NCBI GenBank assembly: GCA_965249575.1
Contig: OZ252244.1
Coordinates: 1,600,001 to 1,664,000, forward strand
Direction: 5' to 3'
Origin: Gemmatimonadales bacterium
GTDB lineage: Bacteria > Gemmatimonadota > Gemmatimonadetes > Gemmatimonadales > GWC2-71-9
DNA: 64,000 nt
Shown here piece by piece: positions 41,185 to 51,396 of the stretch (position 1 is the first letter of the stretch; every line of letters begins with the position of its first letter). Under the pieces are notes generated by a model. The model did not search any database. It was not told the DNA's origin and saw only the letters and a program-made list of their open reading frames with translations. A program made the translations under genes and the position numbers.

Positions 41185-42265
41185 CGACCGCCTTGGTCAC
41201 CCGGAGCGCCTCGACATCGGCAAGGGCGAGGTTGGCGTCGGCGAGCGAGTACCGAGAACCGATGATTCTGGCCATGGGGAGCTCGGCATGGCGTGACGCG
41301 AGCATGTGCAGGGCGCGCCACACGTGACGAAAATCCGTTCCCCACTGACCCAGGACCGAAGCGTGCTTGCGGTTGATGTCGACGTGTGGGTTGACGGTCA
41401 CCGTACCGGTGTCGGTGTAGTGTCCCGCAATCACGTAGGTTCCCCCATCCCGCAGCAGGCGCAGCCCTTCCGATATCGCATCGGGATTCCCGGTCGCCTC
41501 GATCGCGACGTCGACACCCCGGCCTCCGGTCAGCTCGCGCACGCGGTCCCCGCGCGCCGTCAATGAATCGTCACTGAACAAGAGGGCGACGTCGGCGCCC
41601 AGGAAACGCGCGATCTCTAGCCGCGCCGCCGGGGCCCCAATGACGATGACCACTCGCGCCCCGCGGAGAGCCGCGAACGCAGCCGCCGCCAGCCCCACTG
41701 GCCCCGCCCCCTGGACCAGCACGGCGTCGCCCATCGCCATCGCACTCCGTTCCACGGCCGCGTAGCCCGTAAACAACCCGCAGCCACCTCCGATGACGTC
41801 GTCGGCAGTGAGCGGCTCGGGGAGCTTCAGTATCTGGACGCCCGGCTTCAGGTAAATGCGCTCCGCCCAGCCACCGAGGGGACTGTCGCTGACCGAGAAG
41901 GTGACGCCATATACCCGACGGTTCGGACACCGGTTGGGCTGCCGGGCAACAGAGCACTGCCAGCAAACATGGCACACGCCGTGTACGTCATAGAAGGTCA
42001 CGACATCGCCGGCGGACATCTGAACACCCATCGCGTCCGTCGTCACCTCGCGCGACTTGAGTACTCGTCCCACGCTCACGTGGCCAGGAATGATCGGATA
42101 GGGCACGCCCGCCAGACGGCCGTGGTGGAGATGGACGTCGGTTCCGCAGACCTCGCTCGCAATGGTCTCGAGGAGGACGCTTCCCGGCTCGAGCTCGGGA
42201 TCGGGGATATCCCAGATCTCGACGGGTTTGCCGGGAGCTGTCATCACGGCGGCACGGATCGTCAT
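41171..42265 (-). CDS. Zinc-binding MDR dehydrogenase
   Basis: CGTDVH, C..C..C.......C, GAGPVG. Confidence 0.9.
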   Translation of the reverse strand: MTIRAAVMTAPGKPVEIWDIPDPELEPGSVLLETIASEVCGTDVHLHHGRLAGVPYPIIPGHVSVGRVLKSREVTTDAMGVQMSAGDVVTFYDVHGVCHVCWQCSVARQPNRCPNRRVYGVTFSVSDSPLGGWAERIYLKPGVQILKLPEPLTADDVIGGGCGLFTGYAAVERSAMAMGDAVLVQGAGPVGLAAAAFAALRGARVVIVIGAPAARLEIARFLGADVALLFSDDSLTARGDRVRELTGGRGVDVAIEATGNPDAISEGLRLLRDGGTYVIAGHYTDTGTVTVNPHVDINRKHASVLGQWGTDFRHVWRALHMLASRHAELPMARIIGSRYSLADANLALADVEALRVTKAVVTPS

Positions 42266-42292
42266 GGGAAGCTTTGTGGTACGGGAGGGGGT

Positions 42293-42448
42293 TTAGGACC
42301 CGCTTCCGCGCTCGCCCGGGGCGGGATGAATCGAGGCCTGCCCGTACGGGGGATGAGCCGGGGGCCGGCTTTGGTCCGGCCGCTGAGCCGGAGCAGAACT
42401 CGCAAGCGGGATTCCCATGCCCAAGAGCCAAGCGATGCGGCCGCTCAT
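42293..42448 (-). pseudogene. Truncated 5' remnant of a third LVIVD-like paralog
   Basis: Signal-like MSGRIAWLLGMGIPLASSAPAQ followed by IHPAPGERGS, which matches VHPEPGEQGS of the 44028 protein, then a stop. Confidence 0.55.
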
Positions 42449-42487
42449 GCGATCACTCTTCAGCAGTGAAGGGTACCCCATGCTTGC

Positions 42488-43873
42488 TCACGGCCGCCAT
42501 ACACTCACCTGGGTGGGGGCTGGCGCCCCATCAGGGCCGTTATCCCAGTCCTGCACGCTGGAGATATTGGGCATGCCCCACTGGTGCCCATTCCAACCCT
42601 CGAACCCGTCCATGAAGAATGCCCAGAACCCGGTCCGCGAGTCGCTCAAGACGATGAGGCCGTCGGCGTTTCTGACGTCCACGCCAAAGGTGCCCCCCAT
42701 GGCGCCGAGCACACCTGCCCGTTCGTGACCGGAGCCGTCGGGCGCGTCGTAGGTGTCGTAGTACCCTACCGTGTATGGCGCCGTAGGATCCATCATGTTG
42801 AAGACTTGGAGGCCGTCCTTGTAGCCCGAGACGAAAACGTAGGGCCAACGGACCTCGTGGTTGTGCGCGAGGTTCTTCCAGTTGGCCGTCCACGCACCGA
42901 TAGGACGGGAAATCGTCTCAACCCTCCCGTCGAGTCCCGGCTTCAAATCGAAGATTCGAAGCGGCGCATACTGATACTCGACTTCGGTGACGGCATACCG
43001 GCCGGTCGGATCCGGCGTGAAGGTGTGTCCGAAGGGTACCCCCGCCACACCGGTGATGGACGTGAGCAGCCTCGGTTCTTCCGGGCGTGTAATGTCGTAC
43101 ACGTAATATCCGGCGGCCCCAGGTCCGTAGAACTTGTCCTGGCGGGTGGCCGGGTCGTATCCAACGTAGATGTCGTGATATCCGGGCAGCGCGCGCGTCA
43201 GCAACTTGTTGAGCGCGTTGACCGCGGGTGCCTTCCCGTAGGGGTCGCTCGTGGGTTGGGGAATCCGACCGATCAGTCCATAGTCTGCATCGCCGGCGAG
43301 GAACTTCTCCATATCGTAGACGTTCGCGTGCGAAGCCGTAGCCGTTGTGAGTAGCAAGACTCGTCCGTCGGAATGCTTGTACGTGAAGATGTTGTGAAAC
43401 CCACCAGGCGTGTCCGGCACCCGGATGCGGCCCGCTTCGCGGATGCCCGCGGTATCAGGTAGGCTGGTGACATCGAGCACGATGGCACCCAAATCAGTGT
43501 CCGGCCCGCTCTGTCGAAACTGAAAGGATTGGACGTCGTAATACCTGCCACCGGTCTTGAAGTACTTGTTGTCGAGCGCGCTCCCTTGGTGCAGCTCAGG
43601 GTTCTCGATTCGCCAGGAAAAGATCACCCTCGCTCGACTCAGGTCGGTCACATCGATGATGTCGGTGCCCACTCCGGTCGCAGGGTCGCGCCGCGCCAAG
43701 TATGCGTAGGGCCGCGACAGCTCCTGCTCCACCTCGATGTCCGCAACGGCCATCGGGATATGCGAGACCACACGGACGTTCGAACTGCTTTGCTGCCCGG
43801 GGGGGTACTGAGCGGCGAGGGTCGTGGCCATGAGGATGCTGAATGCAACTACCAGAACGAGTCGCCCCATCAT
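42488..43873 (-). CDS. Secreted LVIVD-repeat (beta-propeller-like) protein
   Basis: Signal peptide; IIDVTD, YDITRP, YKDGLQVFNMMDP, VGYYDTY repeats. Confidence 0.75.
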   Translation of the reverse strand: MMGRLVLVVAFSILMATTLAAQYPPGQQSSSNVRVVSHIPMAVADIEVEQELSRPYAYLARRDPATGVGTDIIDVTDLSRARVIFSWRIENPELHQGSALDNKYFKTGGRYYDVQSFQFRQSGPDTDLGAIVLDVTSLPDTAGIREAGRIRVPDTPGGFHNIFTYKHSDGRVLLLTTATASHANVYDMEKFLAGDADYGLIGRIPQPTSDPYGKAPAVNALNKLLTRALPGYHDIYVGYDPATRQDKFYGPGAAGYYVYDITRPEEPRLLTSITGVAGVPFGHTFTPDPTGRYAVTEVEYQYAPLRIFDLKPGLDGRVETISRPIGAWTANWKNLAHNHEVRWPYVFVSGYKDGLQVFNMMDPTAPYTVGYYDTYDAPDGSGHERAGVLGAMGGTFGVDVRNADGLIVLSDSRTGFWAFFMDGFEGWNGHQWGMPNISSVQDWDNGPDGAPAPTQVSVWRP

Positions 43874-44027
43874 GACGTCCCCTCTGAAGAGGCGCCCCCC
43901 CACCCCCCTCCTCCGAGTAAGGAGAGTCGTGAGGAGGCCGATCCCCCAAGCACTTTTGGGTTGTGAGCGGGGCCTCCCGGCTCCTCACGGAGGTGAGGGA
44001 GGGAAGACCCCTCGTCCTGAGGCGCCC

Positions 44028-45374
44028 TCACACCGCGGGCTTCGGCGCACCCTCCGGTCCGTTGTCCCAGTCCTGGACGCTCGAGATGTTCGGCATCCCC
44101 CACTGATGGCCGTTCCAGCCGTCGAACCCATCCATCTTGAACGCCCAGAATCCGGTGGTGAGATCGCTGATGACGATCAGGCCATCGGCGTTGCGAACGT
44201 CCACGCCAAAGGCGCCGTTGCACACGCCCCCGCACCCCCCCTGGTTGTTCGGGCCGTCGTAAGTGTCGTAGTACGCGACAGTGTAGGGGTTGGTCGGGTC
44301 CATCATGTTGAAGACCTGCAGCCCGTCGACGTAGGACGACACGAATACGTAGGGCCAGCGGATCTCGGTGTTGTGCGGCAAGTGCTTCCAGTTCGAGGTC
44401 CACGCTCCGATGGGCCTCGAGATGTTCTGGGCGTCTCCATCGAGGCCCGGCTTTAGATCGAACAGACGTAGCGGCGCATACTGATATTCGGTCTCGCCAA
44501 TCCCGTAACGGCCGTCTGGCGTGACCGCGAATGTGTGACCGCGACTCACGCCGGCAACGCCCGTGACCGACGTCAGGAGCTTTGGAGCCGTGATGTCGGT
44601 TATGTCATAGACAAAGTACCCGCCGGCGCCCGCACCGTAGAACCGATCGACGCGCGTGGCCGGATCGTACGCGACGTAGAAGTCGTGGTAACCGCGGCTG
44701 ATCTCTGCTGGGTTCCCGGGAACTGGGACGCGGCCCACCAGCCCATGGTCTGCGCCGCCGGCCAGGAAGGTCTCCATGTCGTAGGCGTTCGCGAAAGGGC
44801 CGGAAACGGTGGCGAACAGCAGTGCCTCCCCGGTCGAGTGCTTGTAGGCGAAGATGTTGTGAAAGCCGCCAGGCGTGGCGGCCGCTCGTATGCGGCCAAC
44901 TTCCCTGATGGTGGACGTGTCCGGCAGCCCGGTCACGTCGAAAACGACCGCTCCGAGGTCGACGTTAGGCCCTCCGGCCTGGAACTGGAAAGACTGGGCG
45001 TAGTAATACCGGCCCTTGAGCTTGAAGTACTTCCCATCGAGCCCACCGGCGCCCTGGTGGGTCTCTGGGTTCTCTATCCACCAGGAATAGAGCAACCCCG
45101 CGTTGTCTGTGTTTCGCAGATCGATGATCTGGAACCCGGACGGCCTGAGGCGCCGCGAAACATAGGCGTAGGGACGAGACAGCTCTTGCTCAATTTCGAT
45201 GTCCGCGATGGACATCGTCATGCCGAGCGGAATGTGAGCCAGGATCTCGACGTTGGTGCTGCCCTGTTCGCCCGGCTCGGGGTGCACGGCGTCCCCCTGG
45301 GCGAGTACCGCCGGCGTGTGGGCCAGGCCCACCGCCAGCAGCATGGCGACTGCGATCATTGCTGTCCGGTTCAT
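44028..45374 (-). CDS. Secreted LVIVD-repeat protein, paralog of the neighbouring gene
   Basis: Shares long identical blocks with 42488..43873, such as NGHQWGMPNISSVQDWDNGP. Confidence 0.75.
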   Translation of the reverse strand: MNRTAMIAVAMLLAVGLAHTPAVLAQGDAVHPEPGEQGSTNVEILAHIPLGMTMSIADIEIEQELSRPYAYVSRRLRPSGFQIIDLRNTDNAGLLYSWWIENPETHQGAGGLDGKYFKLKGRYYYAQSFQFQAGGPNVDLGAVVFDVTGLPDTSTIREVGRIRAAATPGGFHNIFAYKHSTGEALLFATVSGPFANAYDMETFLAGGADHGLVGRVPVPGNPAEISRGYHDFYVAYDPATRVDRFYGAGAGGYFVYDITDITAPKLLTSVTGVAGVSRGHTFAVTPDGRYGIGETEYQYAPLRLFDLKPGLDGDAQNISRPIGAWTSNWKHLPHNTEIRWPYVFVSSYVDGLQVFNMMDPTNPYTVAYYDTYDGPNNQGGCGGVCNGAFGVDVRNADGLIVISDLTTGFWAFKMDGFDGWNGHQWGMPNISSVQDWDNGPEGAPKPAV

Positions 45375-45493
45375 GAATGTCGGCTCCATTGATGGTCGAT
45401 ACCGTTTAGACACAAGCGAACTATCTTATCCTCTCATCCCACAGATCAGAAGGGTTGGGCCGGGGGACCCCGCCGAGCGCCCACGTCGCGAAG

Positions 45494-46178
45494 TCAGCGG
45501 AGCGGGAGGCCCTCCAGCAAGCGGGGCAACGCGGCCTGCCATAGGTCGCCGAGCGCCCGGAGCCGGTCCACCCACTCCCCTTCGGCCCGTCGGTCCGATG
45601 CCCCCAAGCCCTCCCCCGCGAGGAGCGGGACGATAACCCCCGGCTCCCCCAGCCGCTCGGCCGCAAGAAGCGGCTGAAATAGGAACGTGGTCAGCCGCTT
45701 GATGAACTCCCGCTTGTCAGCGGCGTCCCCCACGATCGGGCGCTTTGCCGACCTGGGCAGGCGACCGAGTCCGCTCCGCGAGCGTCGTGCAGACTAGGTA
45801 CAGGGACCAGGCGGCCAATGGGATCCGGACCCGCCGCACGAACGGCAGCCCCTCCGGTGCCCCCTCCTCCAGCTCCAGATACCCTAGAAACCCAGTCTCC
45901 GGCACATCGATCCCCTGCGAGTCATCCGTGAACCAATCCAGCGGGATACCGTATGCCCGGGACATGGTGTCCAATGTCGGCACGCCGGGGCTCAGCGTGG
46001 CGCCTCGGTACAGGTCACGCACCGTCCCATAGGGCAAGCCGGTGGCCCGGCTCGCGGCCGAGAGGTTACCCCGGTGCGCGAGGTTGATGAGCCGTCGGAT
46101 CCTGCTGGTGAGTAAGTGCTTTGGTGGAGCGAGTTTACGCTTTGGACGGCCGACGGTCAATGGATGCGGCTCAGCCAT
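45494..46178 (-). pseudogene. XRE-like HTH protein with a frameshift near 45771
   Basis: NLSAASRATGLPYGTVRDLYRG...P...TL...AYGIPLDWF; removing one base joins TTLAER to LGRLPRSAKRPIVGD. Confidence 0.7.
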
Positions 46179-46374
46179 CACGTGCCACAAAATAATTCAT
46201 GGTTTACGCATGATAATATTTCATGCTATGGAACGCAATCCGCGGTTTACGACGGTTGCCGATACTCTTTGGAGCACCTCACGATCGGTTTTACCTTGCT
46301 TGCCAATCGGGTGGACCCAAAGTCGGCGCCTGCCGGCCCGTCTCGGCACGACGGATCAGATGAGGAGGGCAGCA

Positions 46375-46842
46375 ATGGGGAAGAAGCGAAAGACGGCTCC
46401 CCGCCGAACCGCATCGGACAAGGTCGTTCCCGCCAAGGCGCTCCGTAAGCAGCCGGAGACCCTGCGCCTCCGATCGGTCGTACCCACGCTGACCGTGAAC
46501 GACCTCCCCGCATCCCTCGCGTTCTACCGGGACGTGCTCGGGTTCATCGTCGCCGACGAGTTCAAGGACGACCAGACCCTCCTCGGTGCGGCGATTCGGG
46601 CTGGCGAGGTCGACATCTTGCTGAGTCAGGACGACTTCGCCAAGGGTCGTGATCGCTCAAAGAGCGTCGGCGTTCGCCTCTACTGCCCGACCCGGCAGGA
46701 CCTCGATCAGATCGCGGAGGACATCAAGGCGCGCGGCGGGATCCTGGCGCACGAGCCAACCGACCAGCCATGGGGGGCGCGAGATTTCGGGATCGTGGAT
46801 CCAGATGGGTTCAAGATCTCCATCGCCGCATCGGAAGGCTGA
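46375..46842 (+). CDS. VOC/glyoxalase-family protein
   Basis: LTVNDL.ASLAFYRDVLGF, PWGARDF...DPDG. Confidence 0.9.
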   Translation: MGKKRKTAPRRTASDKVVPAKALRKQPETLRLRSVVPTLTVNDLPASLAFYRDVLGFIVADEFKDDQTLLGAAIRAGEVDILLSQDDFAKGRDRSKSVGVRLYCPTRQDLDQIAEDIKARGGILAHEPTDQPWGARDFGIVDPDGFKISIAASEG

Positions 46843-46990
46843 CCGTTTTGAGCGGCTGTGAAGGCATGACCGCGTTTAGCTCGGGCCGCCCACGCCCTTC
46901 GGCGTCGCAACCGCCACGACCGGCCTAGGCATCCTCCCCACGCGCTGCTACGATTCAGAGGCGTGACACGCTCATCCTCTGAAGGGATCG

Positions 46991-48994
46991 ATGACCGTCT
47001 CAACTCGAACGGCCTGCCCGCTAGACTGCCCCGATTCCTGCTCGCTCGAGGTGTCGGTGGACGGTGGCCGACTGACCGAAATCCGAAGCGCCCCCGCCCG
47101 AGAGGGCACCCGCGGATTCATTTGTAGTAAGGTCGCGCGCTTCGGTGAGCGGGTGTATCACCGAGACCGCCTCCTCTCACCGATGCGGCGGGTGGGGACG
47201 AAGGGTACGGGGACCTTCGAACCCATCACCTGGGACCAGGCGATTGCCCAGATCACGAATCGTTTCCGCGATATCCGTGACAGATGGGGTGGGGAGGCCA
47301 TCCTACCCTATCACTATGGCGGATCAAACGGCCTCATGACTGACGAGTCCGCCGACAGCGAGTACTTCGCTCGGCTTGGCGCATCCCGACTGGCAAAGAC
47401 GATCTGCGCCGCGCCCACGTCCACGGTAGCCACCGCGATGTATGGCAAGATGCCCGGCGTCGCGTTCGACGACTTCGTGCACGCCAGATGCATCATCGTG
47501 TGGGGAGCCAATCCGAAGGCATCCAACATTCACCTCACGCCATTCCTGCGAGAGGCCAAGCGGCGCGGTGCCTTCATCGCGGCGGTGGATCCCAAACGGA
47601 ACTTCTCAGGCTCCGAGATCGACCTCCACCTGCCGGTCTATCCGGGTACGGACCTCCCAGTCGCACTGGCGATGATCCGGGAGTGGCGACGGGGCGGGTT
47701 GCTCGACCAGGGTTTCTTGGAGGCGCACGCGCGGGGATGGGACAGCCTTCTCGAGCAGGCCGAGGCGTGGCCGCTCGATCGCGCGGGAGCGGAGGCGAGA
47801 GTCGATCCGGAGGACATCGAGAGACTGGCGGCGGCGTACGCACGATCGGCCCCCGCGGTCGTCCGAGTGGGGTGGGGACTGGAGCGGAACCGCAATGGCG
47901 GACAGGCTGCGGCCGCGATCCTCGGCATGCCGGCGCTGTTGGGCAAGTTCGGTGTGCGGGGTGGGGGCTACACGCTGAGCAACAGCGGAGCCGCCGAAGT
48001 CGACAGGGAGCGCTGGTTCAGCGGGACGCCGTGGCAGAGCAGATCCATCAATATGACTCAACTTGGCGAGGTGCTGAACGGCGCGGTCGATCCGCCGGTC
48101 AAGGCGATCTTCGTGTATAACTGCAATCCTGTCGCGACCGTACCGGATCAAAACGCGGTCATTGCCGGCCTGGCCCGCGACGATCTCTTTACAGTCGTCT
48201 TCGAGCAGGTCATGACCGATACGGCGCGGTTCGCCGACGTCGTGTTACCCGCGACAACCTTTCTCGAGCACGACGACATCCGCAGGGCATACGGGCGATA
48301 CTATGTCGGCCGCGTCCGACCCGCGATTACCCCTCGCGGGGAGGCCCGCTCCAATCCGGCGGTCTTTGGGGCACTGGGCCGAGCCATGGGCTGGCATTGC
48401 GAGCCGTTCACGTGGGACGAATCGACATGGCTAGAACGCACGGCGGCTGCTCTCGATCTCTCCGATCGGCCCGCCCCAGCCGATTCGCTAGTGATCGGTG
48501 ACGGGACGTCGTACGACTTCCCTGGAGAAACCCCAGTCCAGTTCGTAACCGCGCTTCCGCAAACGGCTGATGCAAAGGTCGATCTCGCACCAACCCAATT
48601 GGGGCGCCCACCCTACCGGTACCAGCCCTTAGCGGATGGCCAGTTTCCCCTGGCGCTGATATCGCCCGCGAACAACAAGATGATCTCCAGCACTCTTGCC
48701 GAGTTCAACTACCCCGAGCTGTGGCTGAGCATCAATCCAGAAGACGCCGCCCATCGCCAGATCGAAGCCAAAACCGCGGTACGAGTCTTCAACGCACTTG
48801 GCGAGGTGGTCTGCAGAGCACGCCTGTCGAATCACGTCCGCCCCGGGGTCGTCTCCCTCCCCAAGGGCGCGTGGCAGCAGGCGTCCCGAAACGACCGCAC
48901 GTCTACGGCCCTATGTCCTCCCACCATCAGCGAGGTTGGCGGAGGCGCTTGCTTCAACGACGCCCGAGTCGACGTGCGGCCGGCAGAGGACTGA
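46991..48994 (+). CDS. Molybdopterin-dependent oxidoreductase
   Basis: TACPLDCPDSC...C.K, WGANP, TDTA.FADVVLPA, C-terminal dinucleotide-binding domain. Confidence 0.92.
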   Translation: MTVSTRTACPLDCPDSCSLEVSVDGGRLTEIRSAPAREGTRGFICSKVARFGERVYHRDRLLSPMRRVGTKGTGTFEPITWDQAIAQITNRFRDIRDRWGGEAILPYHYGGSNGLMTDESADSEYFARLGASRLAKTICAAPTSTVATAMYGKMPGVAFDDFVHARCIIVWGANPKASNIHLTPFLREAKRRGAFIAAVDPKRNFSGSEIDLHLPVYPGTDLPVALAMIREWRRGGLLDQGFLEAHARGWDSLLEQAEAWPLDRAGAEARVDPEDIERLAAAYARSAPAVVRVGWGLERNRNGGQAAAAILGMPALLGKFGVRGGGYTLSNSGAAEVDRERWFSGTPWQSRSINMTQLGEVLNGAVDPPVKAIFVYNCNPVATVPDQNAVIAGLARDDLFTVVFEQVMTDTARFADVVLPATTFLEHDDIRRAYGRYYVGRVRPAITPRGEARSNPAVFGALGRAMGWHCEPFTWDESTWLERTAAALDLSDRPAPADSLVIGDGTSYDFPGETPVQFVTALPQTADAKVDLAPTQLGRPPYRYQPLADGQFPLALISPANNKMISSTLAEFNYPELWLSINPEDAAHRQIEAKTAVRVFNALGEVVCRARLSNHVRPGVVSLPKGAWQQASRNDRTSTALCPPTISEVGGGACFNDARVDVRPAED

Positions 48995-49027
48995 CAAACA
49001 TCCGCAGCCCGCTTTCCCTTCATCCCG

Positions 49028-49987
49028 ATGACCGCTGAAGACACGGTGATCGTCGGGGCGGGACCAATCGGCCTCGCCTGCGCGATTTCGGCCCAGGTAC
49101 GAGGGATCGATCCGCTGGTCGTCGATGCCGGCGCCGTCGTGAACTCGATCGTCCACTATCCGATCGGCATGACCTTTTTCACAACACCTGAACGCCTCGA
49201 GATCGGCGGACATCCATTGGTCTGTGCGGCGCAAAAACCGACCCGCGAGGAAGCGCTCATGTATTACCGCGGAGTCGTGCGTGCCAACGGGATTCGCGTC
49301 CGGACCCATGCCAGGCTCGTATCGGCCCGGCCTGAGCCGAGCGCCATCTCGTGCGAGCTCGAGGAGTGGGGAACGACACTGCAGATGTCTTGCCGTCGGC
49401 TGGTTCTCGCCACCGGCTATTTCGACTGGCCGAACCGTTTGGGCGTGCCCGGTGAAGATCTCGGCCACGTCAGTCACTACTTCGACGAGGGACATCGCTC
49501 CTACGGGTTGGACGTGGCGGTCATCGGCGGCCGGAACTCCGCGGTCGAGGCAGCGCTGGACCTTTTCCGAGCGGGGGCCCGCGTCACCCTCGTGTACCGC
49601 CGTGCCGTGTTCCCGCCGAGCGTGAAATACTGGCTCAAGCCCGACGTCGAGAACCGCATCGCTGCGGGAGAAATCTCAGCTCGAATGCCGGCGGAAGTGC
49701 TTCGGATCAAGACTGGCTCAGTCGTGATTCGAAGGGACGCCGGGCGGGCCGACGAGATCCCAGCTCAGCGGGTCTACGCCCTCACGGGCTTTCAGCCCGA
49801 TTTCGACCTCTTTCGGCGCATCGGCATCGAGCTCGTAGGCGATGCACTGACTCCGACCCACGACCCCGACACCCTCGAGACCAACGTGCCCGGCGTCTAT
49901 GTCGCCGGAAGTATCACCGCCGGCAAGGATACCTCGGACATTTTCATCGAGAACGGCCGATTCGACGGCGAGAAGATCTTCGGCTGA
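49028..49987 (+). CDS. ypdA: YpdA-family (bacillithiol disulfide) reductase
   Basis: GAGPIG, MTFFTT..RLEIG, KPTREEAL.YY, ATGYFD, IFIENGRF. Confidence 0.85.
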   Translation: MTAEDTVIVGAGPIGLACAISAQVRGIDPLVVDAGAVVNSIVHYPIGMTFFTTPERLEIGGHPLVCAAQKPTREEALMYYRGVVRANGIRVRTHARLVSARPEPSAISCELEEWGTTLQMSCRRLVLATGYFDWPNRLGVPGEDLGHVSHYFDEGHRSYGLDVAVIGGRNSAVEAALDLFRAGARVTLVYRRAVFPPSVKYWLKPDVENRIAAGEISARMPAEVLRIKTGSVVIRRDAGRADEIPAQRVYALTGFQPDFDLFRRIGIELVGDALTPTHDPDTLETNVPGVYVAGSITAGKDTSDIFIENGRFDGEKIFG

Positions 49988-49989
49988 GA

Positions 49990-50736
49990 TCACCGACCGC
50001 GCGCCGGCCGTTCCCTCCTCCGGTATGCCGCCAACAACTCGTCACGCCGTTTTGACGGGAGGTACTTCGAGCCCTCGCGGAGAGTGAGCCCGGGTACCCG
50101 GGCGATGTATGCGGTGAGAAACCGGTCGACCGGCTCCGGATCCCTCTTGGACACCTTCCGCAGCACCCATCCAATGGCTTTCCGTATGAAGAACTCCCTT
50201 TCATCGATCATGCAGCTCGCGAACCGCTCGAACAGCTGGAGGTCGCGGCTGTCCCATCGCAGGACGTCGAGCAAAGCCAACATTGACGCGCGACGGATCC
50301 AGAAGTTGTCGTCCTTCGACCATCGGACGAGTGTTCGCCTACTGCTCTTGAACCGCCGCACGAGAGATCCGGCCACCTTCACCGAAAGCCAGTCGACGTG
50401 ATCCCAGGTCCGCGACTTCCGCAGCATGTCCTCGACCACGGAGATATCGCCGGCCCGCAGCAGTTCCTGGTAGGCCTCGAGAAGCGCGATGCCGAGCGAG
50501 CGCAAATCGTGATACGGGGACTGCCACAGACGTGCCACGAGCCCGAGCAGCCGGGGCCGGGCGAGGTGGAGATTCTCACGCCTGAAACGAGCGGCTGTGT
50601 GTCGGATGAACGGAACCGTCACGCCGTGAAACCGAGCGTCGCTCTTCAGGTAGGCCCTTTCACCCCGCGCGCGAGACGGGCTCCCGGCCGACGAGAACGA
50701 CCGCTTGAAGGCGGCTACCTGTAATTCAACGTTCAC
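49990..50736 (-). CDS. DNA alkylation repair protein (AlkD-like HEAT repeat)
   Basis: AYLKS, TWDHVD, FFIRKAIGWVLR, LREGSKYL; start uncertain (up to 50805). Confidence 0.88.
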   Translation of the reverse strand: MNVELQVAAFKRSFSSAGSPSRARGERAYLKSDARFHGVTVPFIRHTAARFRRENLHLARPRLLGLVARLWQSPYHDLRSLGIALLEAYQELLRAGDISVVEDMLRKSRTWDHVDWLSVKVAGSLVRRFKSSRRTLVRWSKDDNFWIRRASMLALLDVLRWDSRDLQLFERFASCMIDEREFFIRKAIGWVLRKVSKRDPEPVDRFLTAYIARVPGLTLREGSKYLPSKRRDELLAAYRRRERPARGR

Positions 50737-50944
50737 GGACGGATCAATATGCGAGACCGGCATCCCGGACAACTCCGGGGTCGCCAGGTTCAAGTGACGA
50801 GCCAATACATGCCGACTGAGGAGGACATCGCCATCGAGTCTGACGAACGCAGACTATGACATCCGGCCGCCGCGCGGCTAGAATCCATGGAATGAAATGA
50901 CCGGTGTGCTTCACCAAACGCACGAACCTCGAGAGGAGGTCAAT

Positions 50945-51373
50945 TTGGCGACCCGCAAGCACAGTGTTAAACGCACTGCCCGAGCCGTCGCACGCAAGAC
51001 GAAGAAAGCTGCAAAGTCTGCTCGGAAGACTGGGCGGGCTGCCGCCAAGAGCCGCACGGTGAAGAAGGCGGTCCGGGGCGCGGCGAAGGGATCGAAGAGA
51101 GTCTCCAAGATGGCCGAGAAGGCCCGCGCCGCCCTGAAAGCGCGGGCGGGGAAGCTCAAGCGGGCCGCAAAGAAGGCCGCAACGAAGGCAAGCGGTACCG
51201 CGCGCAAAGTCAAAAAGCGTGTGAAGAGAACGGTGGCGCGCCGCAAGGTCAAGCGCTCCTTGCAGAAGAACGGCAAGGTCCTGAAGAGTGCCGGAAAGGC
51301 GGCGGCAGTCGCCGGTGTTTCGGCGGCCGCCGTCGTGACGGCCCGAGAGATCGTCCGGGGCCGGCGCTCCTAA
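50945..51373 (+). CDS. Histone-H1-like Lys/Arg/Ala-rich protein
   Basis: GAGGAGG RBS before TTG; 142 aa of K/R/A repeats. Confidence 0.75.
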   Translation: MATRKHSVKRTARAVARKTKKAAKSARKTGRAAAKSRTVKKAVRGAAKGSKRVSKMAEKARAALKARAGKLKRAAKKAATKASGTARKVKKRVKRTVARRKVKRSLQKNGKVLKSAGKAAAVAGVSAAAVVTAREIVRGRRS

Positions 51374-51396
51374 GCCGAGCTCGTCACCTGCCCGGA

